This document shows positions 1 through 13,100 of a stretch of 64,000 nucleotides of DNA, one piece after another. The stretch is from assembly GCA_951406725.2 (NCBI GenBank), contig OX597823.1:16740001-16804000 (forward strand). The letters are read 5' to 3'. The notes beneath the pieces were generated by a model that did not search any database, was not told the DNA's origin, and saw only the letters and a list, made by a program, of their open reading frames with translations. Every line of letters begins with the position of its first letter. The first letter of the stretch is position 1. The stretch comes from Octopus vulgaris (taxonomy: Eukaryota). Made by a program: the position numbers and the translations under genes.

Positions 1-280
1 GTTGTGTGCTGTCTATCTCCTACGATTTAGATTCCTAACTACTCCCACATTTTGCGGTGCAGTTTAACCAAATTCGGGTATCTTATAGTCGTGATTCATA
101 TCGAGCCCTTCTGGGTATTAGCGCGCGTCTACGATGAGTCAATGATTTTAAAAAAAATTTACCATAATTTTTTTTCCATTTTTAATGCATTTTTTTGCTA
201 TTTTTTGGCTATAACTCTCTAAAAATGCTTATATAGTTATTTCCCTTACAAACCCGAGCAACGCCGGGCGATACTGCTAG
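1..280 (+). mobile_element. Non-autonomous Helitron-like element (5' end outside window)
   Basis: Near-identical to 60043-60440; ends with cccg/cggg hairpin then CTAG followed by T. Confidence 0.8.
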
Positions 281-1060
281 TGAATAAATAAAATAAAAAG
301 GCGCATATTGTTTTATGTATTGGGCCATTTACACAGTTTGCTTAGAAATGTATCTGTTGAGCGTACAAAACTACATCCGAATTAAAAAATTTACTTGGAT
401 ATAGTCGTGACATTGTTCCAGAATATTGGTATTCTCTAAATTATCTTGGTACAAAAAAAAAACAACTTATATTTTAATTACATAATGTCTAACTAAATAC
501 CAGAGGTCATATATTAATGCAGTTATAATTTTTCGTACTATTAAACATTTTGGAGATAATTATTTTTCTGTACACCTACAGGTATGTGTCCGCCCCCACC
601 GACTTTTTTTTTTTTTCATTTCTGAAAAATGCATAAATTGTTATGAAATTTTCCAGAGATATGTTTCAGTTGGTGTAGTTTACGGACCTATCGGAATTTG
701 TTGTAAAAGTTCTTTTCCGGAGGGGTGAGTGAGGAGTTTCGGACAATTCACACATTTCGACTTTATTTCTTCATAATTCTCTCAAAAAGGATATTTTTCT
801 AATAAAATTTTCATTGTATATGTTGTACGCAGTACGTCACACTTGTTGGGGAGGTATATATAACGTTTCAGTGTTTCAACTACAGCCATTTTGGGGACCA
901 TCTGGAAGGGTTTTAGTCGAACAAATCAACCCTAAACTATTTTTTAAGCCTAGTACTTATTATATCGATCTCTTTTTGTCGAACCGCAAAGTTACAAGGA
1001 CAGAAACACACCAACACCAGTTGTGTTGTCAAGCAATGGTGGGGAACAGATATACACACA

Positions 1061-2790
1061 TATCATCATCGCTTAATGTCCGCCTTCCATTCTGGCATGG
1101 GTGGGACGGTTTCACTAGAGCCAGCCAGGCAGAAACCTGCACTAGACATGTGTGACTGTTTTGGCAGGACTTTTACAGCTGGATGCCCTTTCTAACCAAC
1201 CACTCAGCAGAATGGACTGAGTGCTTTTTATGTGGCACAAGCACAGGCGAGGTCAGTTTTGACAAGGTTTTTACAGCTGGATGCCCTTTCAAACACCAAC
1301 CACTTTACAATGTGGACTGGGTGCTTTTAAGGGGCACCTGCGCTGACAGGTCGTCAGGACAAAAAAAGATTTTCTAGAGGAGACAGGGCATTGGAGGAGG
1401 TGATCTTGTGTCAGATTATGTAAGGTTATAGTGAGACAGAAACAGGTGTCTTGTTATAGACGAAGTACAGGGTTACCTACCCAGAGAAAGATCAAGAATG
1501 AAGACAGAAACAGGTGCACTACCGCAAAGAAAATAGATGGCTATCCAACCTAAGGGAAGTGCAGGAGGAGAGACAGAGTGGGAGACAACAAGATAGAGAT
1601 GGTGGGAAAATGCCAGGCATACTCAAAAGGGACAGGGATCAGAATATAAATGGGATGGTTGAGTAAAGAAAGAGAGAGATATTGATGGTGGCAACCTTGA
1701 GGTTCAAACACCATAATATAAGTGGCAGGATATTGTGAAGGAAATGTGATTAAAGAGTGCAAGGGGGTGAGTGGCAAACAATTGGGTATATATAGAGTTG
1801 GGCTACTGGATAGTGATAATACAAAGGAACAGGGCTGTGAAGACAGGATTGGAAAGTGGGAGCTAGGCATAGTGTATGAAGGAGGAAATGTGAGGAAGAG
1901 ATGTGGAGACGTAGATTGGTTTATTGGGGTAGGGTGAGTGAAAAGTTTTCTTGTTATGTGCGGGTGAAACACACAGGTTGGGAGCTAATAGATAGCAATA
2001 ATACAGTGAGACAGGGCATGTGGGTGGAATGCACAAGTTAGGGGCTAACAGAGAGCAATGATACACTGGCACAGGGCCAAGGGAACAGGATTGAGGAGTG
2101 GGAGATAAGCATAGTGCATGAAACAGAACTGTGAGGAAGAGATGTAGAGATGCTTGGTTTGTTGTGGTAGAGCATGTGAGAAGTTTTCTTGTTAAGTGTG
2201 GGTGGGACACACAATGCTCCTAGAATTCAGTTTCACTGATATGGGCAGGTCTTCTCAATAACTTCATATCGCTAGACATCTCGGTCCATTGTCATTTCCT
2301 CTGTGAGGCCCAACATCCTGAGATCAGTCCTTACCACTTCAAGCCTCATCTTCTTGGGTCTCCCTCTTCTGCGAGTACCACCCACTTTCAGTGATTGGCA
2401 CTTCTTGATGCAGCTGTCTTCATTCATACACATATCCAAACCAATGTAGTCTTCTCTCTTGTATGTTACATTTGATTCCTCTTATGCCCAACTTTCCTCT
2501 CAATACATTTGCACTTTACTGTACATGTGCACTGATGTTGCATATCCAATGGAGCATACTACCTTCATTTCTCCTCAGTCTATGCATGTCTTCTGCATTC
2601 AGAGCCCATGTCTCACTACCATGGAGCATAGCCATTCACAAACAAGCATCGTGTAGTCTACCTTTCACTCTAAGAGAGAGCCTTTTTGTTGCCTGCAGAG
2701 GTAATTGCTCTCTGAACTTCCTCCACCCAATTCTTATTGTAGAAACAGTACTTTCAGAGCATCCTCCACGATTGTTAATTTGGTCACCCA
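1061..2790 (-). mobile_element. Decayed RTE-clade LINE 3' fragment with long 3' UTR and (GAT)n tail
   Basis: Minus strand 2230-2460 reads RLHWFG...EDSCIKKCQSLKVGGTRRRGRPKK...DLRMLGLTEEMTMDR, typical of RTE ORF C-termini; internal duplication near 1843-1975 and 2085-2212. Confidence 0.7.
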
Positions 2791-2812
2791 GATAATAGGA
2801 ACTATCTATCTA

Positions 2813-2855
<43 letters not shown>

Positions 2856-3362
2856 CACACACACACAACGGGTTTCTTTTATTTTCCATCCATCAGATCC
2901 ACTCAAGCCTTTGGTTGGCCTGAGGTTATACTAGAATACTAAGATGCCATGCAGTGGAACTGAACCCGGAACCTCATGGTTGGAAAGCAAGCTTCTTACC
3001 ACATAGCCACACATGCATATGTGTATTTGTGTGAGTTGTACTCTTGTCTTCACGTGTTTCTTGGTTGTAAACAAAGGCCTTGCTGTTCATACAGATAGTG
3101 GTGTTTATTTGTAGTCCAGTGCAAAAGCATGTCCAGGCTTCTTGACATCTAGTACAATCTTTGTAAACCAAAGGCTCATTCAAACTGTGTTGTTTCCAGT
3201 TCTCCCTATTACCATATCTAGGTTGTTTGGTGTTCAATAGACTGAAATTATTATCTTGCTTGGAAACAGGTAACGGTTAGCATCAGGAAGGGCATTCAGG
3301 TATAGAAAACACTGCTCCAATGTACTCTTGTCTAACCTATGCAAGCAGTGAAAAGCAACACA

Positions 3363-3591
3363 TTAACCCTTTCAACACCAACCCGGCTGAAACCGGCTCT
3401 GGCTCTGTAGTAGAAATGTCTTGTTTTCATAAGTTTTGAATTTAAATCTTCTACAAAAACCTTAGCACAATTTATGTTCCTAACACTAGCTGAATGATAA
3501 CTAAGTTATTTTACTAAATTCTTTGTTATATTTAAAGTAATTGAAAGAAACACAGAGCATCTGAAAATAAATACTGTAACAAAAGGGTTAA
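3363..3591 (+). mobile_element. piggyBac-type MITE family A
   Basis: TTAA-CCCTTT ... AAAGGG-TTAA, about 225 bp, many copies in window. Confidence 0.85.
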
Positions 3592-4074
3592 ACAACAATG
3601 ATGATGATAGTGATGATACACATGTTGATGACTTAGTATTGGAGTATTCAGTGTCTGTGTTTCATTACCATGTAAAATCTCACTTCTAATGCATACTTTA
3701 TACAGTCTAACTTTGCACCAAGAGAGACACCCTTTGTTACCAACAATGATAAAAGTTCCCTGAGTTTCTTTCTCCTCACTTCCCATCTCATACTCTGGTT
3801 CCTGTTGCTTTACTTTAACAATCACTTCTAGCCATCCATCTTCTCTGCCCACTATTGCTGGCAATGAGGTCATTGTGATAGTCTTTAGGCATCTCCACCG
3901 TAGGATCCTGTCAGAAGCAACCATCATTAGATTCTAGCACTACTTATGTCTTCTCGATATCAAACTGATAATTGAATCTAAAACAGATGTCTGAAACAGT
4001 TGTACTTTCATTTCCAAGCTGTAATCACTGCCAGCTATTTCTATTCTGATGGCTATTTATGAATCCCTTTTCAG

Positions 4075-4179
4075 TTGATGGATCCAAATTATGGTTTCTA
4101 TGTGTGGCCTTGTGCAGTTGTACTAGCACAGTATATCTGGTATTTCCAAGATGAGGTTAAAGGTAGAAGGATATTGGAG
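4075..4179 (+). CDS. METTL23: METTL23-like exon (LMDPNYGFYVWPCAVVLAQYIWYFQDEVKGRRILE)
   Basis: ttttcag acceptor, gtaaga donor, 105 nt open frame with the YG.YVWP motif. Confidence 0.9.
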
Positions 4180-7100
4180 GTAAGATATCTCTCTTTGTTA
4201 CTATAGCATATTCTTTGAGGTTAAGAAGTCAGTTTTTGTCCTGTCACTGAATTGTGCCTGTGACACAAAACACTTAACACTTGAATGTTTAACATTGTCT
4301 GCCCAGATTAAGCAGATCTATGTTCAAAAGCATTTCAACTATGGACCATTCCATTGTGCGATAGTTGAAAATCAGTGGTTCTCAATACCACAGGGGTGGT
4401 AGTGGGACCAAAGAAGGGCACTAGATGGCTCTGTGTTCCCACCCCATACGACTGCCCCACTTGTCAGTGGTGCATCCTCAGATTTAACAAAAGTCCTTGT
4501 ACAAAAAGAAAACATCCTGAACTACATTTCTTGAAGTCATCTTTACAAATTTTCAATTTTCTTTTCGGAACAAAGAACAATAATAAATTGTAAAAAAAAC
4601 TCGAATGTTTATGTAATGAAGATGGTCAGAAAATATTGGAAGAGATAATAGACAATGGAAAGAAATGATACAAAATAAAAATGTCAACAACAACAGCAAA
4701 GAAAACCAATAAGCAGTGGTGATGAAAAATATATAGACAAATATGTGTGTAAATATATACATGTATGTGTGTGTGTTTATGTATATACATATGTTTGAGG
4801 ATGTGATTATTCTCATTTCAATCCTATACCAAATTATGTCTTTAGTGTATATTCCTTGGATACTTTTGCTGCTTGTACACTGGGTAGATTAGTCAAGCTT
4901 CTTTACCACCAATAAATATATATGTTGTTTTTTTTTCTTGTCTTTTTTCTTAATCTTTTTTTATTAACTATATATATAGTAGGGTCAGTTGGGCACTGTC
5001 TGTGAGAAAAACAGCACCATGATGCAATTCACTCTGGCAGAAATTTAGAAATGACATGCTGTATTGCTTGGCATTCACGCTGGAAGCTCCAATATGGACA
5101 TTTCAGAGTGTTTGGGTGTCAATCTGAGGACAGTACAGAGGATTTGAAAAGAGTTGGATGAGTCTAATGGTAATTACAAAGGTACGGCAGCTTGGAAAAC
5201 TCACTCTGGTCGTTCTGATAAGAAAAGAACTCCTGAATTTGTTGGTGAAATCCAGGCTATGGTTGACAATAATCCCTCCAAGTCAATCACATCCATCTCC
5301 AGGGACATGTGAGTGTCTGAGTTTCTTATCAGGCATATAATGCATAAAGACATTTGGTATTCCTCTTACTAAATGAGAAAGGGCCAATTTTTATCCCAAG
5401 CCATCAAGGACAAGAAGAAAGACTGTGCTACGAAACTTTTGAATAAACTCAAGCATCCCCATCCAACCGAACATGCTTTAGTTTTTCTCAGATGAGAAAA
5501 TTTTCTACCAGGATCAGATGGTGAACACACAGAACAACCATTTGTTTGCCATGTCCCCAAAACGTACCAAGAGTGATAAAAATCAAACATCCAGTTAACA
5601 TCATGGTGTTTTGACTGATCACTAGTGATGGCAATGTTATGCCTCCATTCATCTTCCCACACAGCCTCAGGCTCAATATGCAGGCCTACATCAAATGCCT
5701 GAAGGAGGTAGTGCTACCCTGGGTCAAGAGGTTGGCTGCTGGAAGACTCTATGTCTGACAACAGGACTCTGCACCATGTCACACAGGCAAGAGAACCCAC
5801 TCATGGCTGTCAGACAATTTCTGGGACCACCCCTAATATCTGGCCACCTAAGTCCCCAGACTGCAACCCCCTTGATTATTATGTGTGGGGCACAGTTGAG
5901 AGACCAACAAAACTCATTGTGACACCAAAGATGAAGGATTATGGCAGCATTCACCAACTTAGGTGACTGTTCAGAAGAGTTGCAGGAGATTCTGAAGCCG
6001 TCTGGAGGTCATGGTTGAAGCCGATGGGCGATTTTATTGAATAAATTTACTCCTTAGTATTTCAAGATATTTTATGTAATTTTGGTAAATACTAAGGTAT
6101 TTTTTTGCCGATATTATTATCATTATTTATTCAAATCACTGCCTGGAATTGAACTCGCAATCTTGGGCTTAGTTACCTGCGCTCTTAATAGGCATATAGC
6201 GTAAAGGTTAAGAGCGCAGGCTACTAATCCAAAGATTGCAAATTCAATTCCAGTCAGTACCTTGAATAAATAATAATAATAATAATATCGGCAAAAAAAT
6301 ACCTTAGTAATGAGAACCCAGGGTTGGGTTCAAAATTCTACCAGGACACCTGATGAAGGCTGGAGAGTAAATCAGTTGAAACACTGTGGTAACAACCAAC
6401 AAGATGAGGACACATTCCTGTCCAATGTAAATAATGTGCTTTTATGCACAATGAGTCCATATGAAAGGTACTCTCAAGGTAAATACCATAGTATTCAGTA
6501 TTGTAGCAAAACATCCTTGTTAAGATGGATATAAAGATTGCTTTTTGGAGATCTTTTCGGTTTGAACGGCAGTTTTTAACATAATTTCTAGGTAACTAAA
6601 AAATTTTAAACTTCATATACTGGTAGAATGTGTTTATAAAACATCTTTTTCTCTTGGCTTTATTGAGAAAGTTTTATAGTTTGTAAGATATATGTTGCTT
6701 TTTTACTTCAATTTCTGCAAGTTCAACCAATCAATGACATCTATTGAGGTAAAAAAGCATTCTGTGCCGTATGAATATGTCCCTTGTTTAAGAAACAGAT
6801 TGGGTTTATTTACATTTGTGAAGAAAACAAGATACCCTTCCCCCACCCCTAACCCTAAAAGAGATTGAAATGCAATAGATCGAGTCTAGGGTCATAATTA
6901 TGGGTGACAATTTCATGTGACACCGCTAGAAAAAACTGCCGTTCAAACCGAAAAGATCCCTTTTTTGTATTAATATTGTTTCTGTTGCTAATAGTTAATT
7001 GATTATTTTCACTGTCATTATATTTCAGTTGAGTGCTGGAACTGCTTTGCCAGGAATTGTTGCAGCCAAATGCAAGGCAGAATCCGTGGTTCTCAGTGAT

Positions 7101-10100
7101 AGCTTTTTATTACCTGACAGTCTGCAACATTGTAAGAATTGCTGTGCTGCCAATGAGCTCCCAGATTTACCAGTTATTGGTATTACATGGGGGCTTTTTT
7201 CACCTGACTTAATGAATCTTGCACCTGTTGATATCATTCTTGGTTCTGACTGTTTTTATAACCTGAAAGGTAACTCTTCGTTTATTATTTTGTTGTTTTT
7301 TATTGTTGTTGTTGTTTGTTCTACACGAAGTTAAAATATTTAGACAAAGAATTGTTACTGTACTTAACAGCATTGCTTCTGGTTCCTTACATTAGCAGTT
7401 CAGTGTTGTTGGAGTCAGCTTTGCCTTTCATCTTTTTGGGGTTAATAAAATAGGTACCGTGCCGGTGGCACGTTAAAAGCTCCAACCGATCGTGGCTGAT
7501 GCCGGACCCCCCTGGTACCTGTGCAGGTGGCACGTAAAAAGCACCTACTACACTCGCGGAGTGGTTGGCGTTAGGAAGGGCATCCAGCTGTAGAAACTCT
7601 GCCAGATCAGACTGGAGCCTGGTGTAGCCTCCTGGCTTCCCAGACCCCGGTCGAACCGTCCAACCTGTGCTAGCGCGGAAAACGGACGTTAAACGATGAT
7701 GATGATGTACCACTGGGGGTCAATGTAATCAACTCAGCCCCTCTTCCAAAACTGCTGGTTATGTGCCAAAATTAGAAAGAAAATTATGATATACAGCCCC
7801 ACCCACAAAAGAAAAGCGAATTTGAACTCATTTGACTTCAGCAGGGTTTGAATTGAGAAAATAAAGGAAGATTAAGCATTGCACCGACTTGCTTATAAAT
7901 ATTTCTAACATCAGCACCAGCTTTGCATTTAGTGGGAGGGAAACATCCAAATGCAACAACCTTAGTATTTGACTGTACTTTATTTTAGCTCTCTCTCTCG
8001 CCAACTAGAAGAATAGAAGGCAAAAGTTCACCTCAACTGAAAATGTAAAAGAACATACTCAACATTTTGACCTGCCTGGCTAATAATAATGATGATTTCT
8101 TACCTAGGCACAAGGACAAAAATTTTTAGTGGTGGGGATCTGTTGAATATATCAATCCTAGTAGATGACCGGTACTTTATTTTATCAACACCAGAAAGAT
8201 GAAAGACAAAGTTGACTTTTAGAGGTTTGGATTCAGAACATAAAGAGTTGGAATGAACACCACTAGGAATTTTGTCTAGCACTCTGATGGTTCTTATTTC
8301 TTAACTGCCCACAAGGGGCTAAACACAGAGGGGACAAACGAATTAAGTCAATTATATCAACCCCAGTGTGTAACTGGTACTTATTTAATCGACCCCGAAA
8401 GGATGAAAGGCAAAGTCGACCTCAGCGGAATTTGAACTCAGAACGTAATGGCAGACGAAATACCCATTTCTTTACTACCCACAAGGGGCTAAACACAGAG
8501 GGGACAAACAAGGACAAACGGATTAAGTCAATTATATCAACCCCGGTGCGTAACTGGAACTTATTTAATCGACCCCGAAAGGATGAAAGGCAAAGTCGAC
8601 CTTGGCGGAATTTGAACTCAGAACGTAATGGCAGACGAAATACGGCTACGCATTTCGCCCGGTGTGCTATCGTTTCTGCCAGCTCGCCACCTTCTATGAT
8701 TCTTTAATGATTCTGCCAATCCACTAATAATTCTAATAGTTAATTGTATGTATATATATTTTGTTTTGGTTAACATTATCTCCAGAATTCCAATCAAAAA
8801 TTGTTTGTTAATTCCAGACTTTGAAGACATTTTAGTAACAGTATCATTTATTTTGGAGAAGAACGGTGAATGCCAGTTTTGGTGCACTTACCAAGAAAGA
8901 AGGTAGGTTCTCATGATATTTTTAAAATGGTTTTTTGGTCATCGTACTGCGGCTATGCTGGGGTACTTCCTTCAAGAGTTTCAGTCAATCATATCAGCTG
9001 TAATACTTATACCATATCAATAGAGATCAATATATTTTATCAATCTCTATTGAGATTGTGACTTATATTTGCCATTTAAATATGGCTAACCCCTAAGGGT
9101 GGATGCTACTGTAGTTTGTTGCCCCAGGAGGACACCTCCTCCAGCTGGTTATAGACACACTTTCTGTGTCCTATCAGTATTTGCAAAGGGAAGCCATCCT
9201 TCCCGTCTTCAACTTATGATACACACGGACTCGAGTTTCTGAATATTGATCCGTCATCGGCGTTTGACAATCACAGTTGTCGATGAAAAGTAGGTTCCCA
9301 ATATTTATTATCTATTGAGATTGTTATTTTTAAATAAAAGGAAACAGATGCGCATGTACACACACACACACAAATATGTTATGTTAAGCTCTTCATACTC
9401 TGTGAAACACAGACATCAACAACTTTTCTCATCTCTGGTCTGTCTTTTCTGCATCTCTCCAGTTGGGTCACTTCTTTTTCAGTTCTGCTTCAATATCCCA
9501 CCTGTGTTTCCCAGAGGGGAAGTCTTCCTTTTTCCAGATCTTGGTTTTGAATTACCATTGATACTTCTGTAACCTTGCTTTTTGCTAGGTAGGTATGTTG
9601 GCCTACACAAACCCATTTTCATTTGTGAGATGAGGTGGTCCATATTAGTCTGGCTTCTATCTTTTGACCTGTCCAGCATTGGAGATCCTATCAGAAGAAG
9701 ATGACACTCTGCTGACATAGCTCAGGGTCACTGAGGCCCACAAGCCACACACAACAAAGACTGGACCTTGTGAAGCTTGCTTCCTAACCACATGGTTCCA
9801 GGTTCAGTTCCACTGCATGACACCTTGGGCAAGTGTCTTCTACTCTGGCCTCAGGCCAACCAAAACCTTGTGAGTGGATTTGGTAGACGGAAACTGAAAG
9901 AAGCCCATAATGTATATGTTTATGTGAGTATGTGTTTGTTCCCTCACCATTGCTTGACATTTGATGTTGGTGTGTTCACATCCCTGTAACTTAGTGGTTC
10001 AGCAAAAGACACTGATAGAAGAAGTACTAGGCTTACAAAGAATAAGTCCTGGGGTCAATTTCTTTGACTAAAAAACCCTTTAAAGTAGTGCTCCAGCATG

Positions 10101-13100
10101 GCCACAGTCAAATGACTAAAACAAGCAAAAGAATACACACACAAAGTTTCCACCTACGAAATTGTATTCACAAGGCACAACCATGGTTGTGTGGTTAAGT
10201 ATGGTTCAAGTTCAATCCCATGGCATGGCACATTGGGCAAGTGTCTTCCACTGTAGCCTCAGGTTGACTAATATCTTGCAATTGAAATTTAGTAGGAAGA
10301 AATTGCATGGAAGTCCAACCTTTATGTACTTTATCATCACTGATTTATTGCTCACTTTTCCATGCTTTCATGGGTCAAACAAAATTCATTGAGGCAGATT
10401 TTCTTTGTCTGAACACACCACCTTTCACCTACCCTTGCCAGTCTCCATTGGTCAGGCATGTATTTCACAGAATATTAGAAATGGATGACACAACTTGTAT
10501 GATATTTATTCACAACTATCATGTGGTGTCAAAACAAGGGAGATCCAAATACACATGAGCACATATACATGTATCATGATCATCATTTAACTTGAGCTTT
10601 CTAAGCTGGCATAGGTTGAATGACTTGACAATCTGGCAAGCCATAAGGCCATGTCAGGCTCCAATGTCAGCTTTGATATGGCTTCTATATCTGGATGCCT
10701 TTTTTAATGCCAACCACTTTACATAGTATAATGAGATGTTTTTCATGCAACTGGCATGGTTTCTAAATCATTGTCATTGCTTAATCTCTGTCTCCCATGC
10801 TGACCTGGGTAGGACAGTTTGACAGGAGGCAGAAGCCTGTACCAGACTTCTGTGTCTGTTTTGACAGGATTTTTACAGCTGGATGCCCTTCCTAACACCA
10901 ACCACCAGCACAGTAGACTGAGTGCTTTTTATGTGGCACAAGTACAGGTGAGGTTAGTTTAGGCAAGGTTACAGTGTGGACTGGATGCTTTTTAAGTGGC
11001 ACCTGCACTGACAGGGTCACCAAGTAACTTGCAAGACGAGGGGAGGGGGCAAGTGCCAGAGCATACCCTTGAGGTTCGAAGATCATAATATAAGTGGCAG
11101 AACATTGCCAAAGACGTATGATTAGAGAGTGGTGAATACTTGGGTATATAGAGTGGTTGGGGCTACCAGACAGCAATGATACTGAGAAACAGGGCTGTGA
11201 GGATATGAGTGAGAGGTAAGCATAGCACATGGAGGAAATGTGAGGAAGAGAAGAGATGTAATTTGGGTTGTTGAGGTAGAGTGTGAAAAGTTTTCTTGTT
11301 ACATGTAGGTGGAACCCACAGTGCTTCTAGAATTCAGTTTTGTTGATGTGGGCAGGTCTTCTCAAGAACCTCATATTGTCAGACATCATGGTCCATTGCC
11401 ATTTCCTCAGTGAAGCCCAACATCCTGAGATTGGTCCTTACCACATCATCCTGTCTTCCTGGTTCTCCTTCCACAGGTACCATCCACTTTCAGTGAATGG
11501 CTCTTCTTTATACAGCTATTCCCAGTGTGTATGTATATGTGTGTGTGTCTGTATATATATAAATACAGTGTACATAAGAGGTATCTGTCATAGGATTCCT
11601 GGCACACTAGAAGGAACAGCTAAAATCCAAAACCACTATTAGGGATAAACCTTAAAGGGAATGAAAAATAAAAACATTTACCATCTATCTCCTGGACCAT
11701 GGTTTCCTACTTTTTTTTAGCAAATAAAATAATTTGCTAGGTGAAGTCTTCATCAGCAGGTACGCCTAGATTAAACATATAAGTACAAAGCAATTCAACA
11801 AGTGCCCCGTGCTTATATATTATAATTTTTCAAATCCACCATGCAAGATAGATGGTAAATGTTTTTATTTTTCATTCCCTTCAAGGTTTATCCCTAATAG
11901 TGGTTTTGGATTTTGGCTGTTCCTTCTAGCATACCAGGAATCCTATGACGGATACCTCTTATGTGTTTAAATGTACACTTATTTTATATGAATAATATAT
12001 AGTCTGTTGACTAATTTTTCTACATGCTAGGCCACTGGTAGTAAAAATTTCTTAAATTTTTATTAATTATATATACATACAGAGATAGAAAGAGGAAAGC
12101 AAAAAGAAAATGCTCTACTTGTCTACACAATGATATTGCTTGGGTAGTGATGACATTTGGTATCCCTACTAGAGCAGATAGAAAGGAAACTGATTCTACA
12201 GACTTGCATTTTTTTTTCCTTCTAGCAGCTGTTAATACTTCTGTGGCAACCTTGAAGAAAGACAACAACTTGCTGTACTATCAAAGTGACAAGTGCATTC
12301 CCTACTTTGCCAAAAACTTCCAGCAGCTATATTGCTGAGTCTAGCTGCTTTCTCTACTGTCATATTTTTGATGGCATTTTCAACTGTGTAGCTGCCAATT
12401 TCAATACTTGGTCCCTTGTCTCGTTCAGCAACCTTTCAGTATCTTTCGTTTTTGGATTTGGTTTGCAAGATTCATTAACGAAAGGAATGCAATGTAAATA
12501 ACGGACAGAGTCAAGGTTGCAAGACACAATGAAAATTTTAGGAAAATATAAATAAGAAATAAGTGGAAATTTTATCGGTGAGTGTGTTACATTATAAGGC
12601 ACAAAAAGAAAATGACTCTCCCCAGACACAACAGAATTTCTGTATCTGCTTCTCATAAAGGGCAAGTAGTGTTCATTACATATACACTTTTCATCAATAA
12701 TATTCTGACTCATACCAATTTCTTTATTACCCACAAGGGGCTAAACACAGAGGGGACAAACAAGGACAGACATAGGTATTAAATCGATTACATCGACCCC
12801 AGTGCGTAACTGGTACTTAATTTATTGACCCCGAAAGGATGAAAGGCCAAGTCGACCTCGGCGGAATTTGAACTCACAACGTAACGGCAGACGAAATACC
12901 GCTAAGCATTTCGCCCGCCGTGCTAACGTTTCTGGCAGCTCACCGCCTTTTATGACTCATACCAACACACTTCTTTACAGTGTAGAAAACCGCTTACTTT
13001 CAGTTACTAAATGAGTTACATACCTGATGCTTTGCCTCTCTCCTACCTACCTTTTATGGTTTCTTGCTCCCCACTTTCTCAGCTTGTTTTAGCTTTTGCC

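Noticed and set aside
6841-6860. Telomere-like cctaaccctaa
   Set aside because: Fewer than two full units and internal to a MITE (also near 42322)
12020-12700. Cys-rich broken reading frames on minus (MTVEKAARLSNIAAG...ECTC...GCH)
   Set aside because: Vaguely like a decayed transposon C-terminus but frameshifted and too weak to assign
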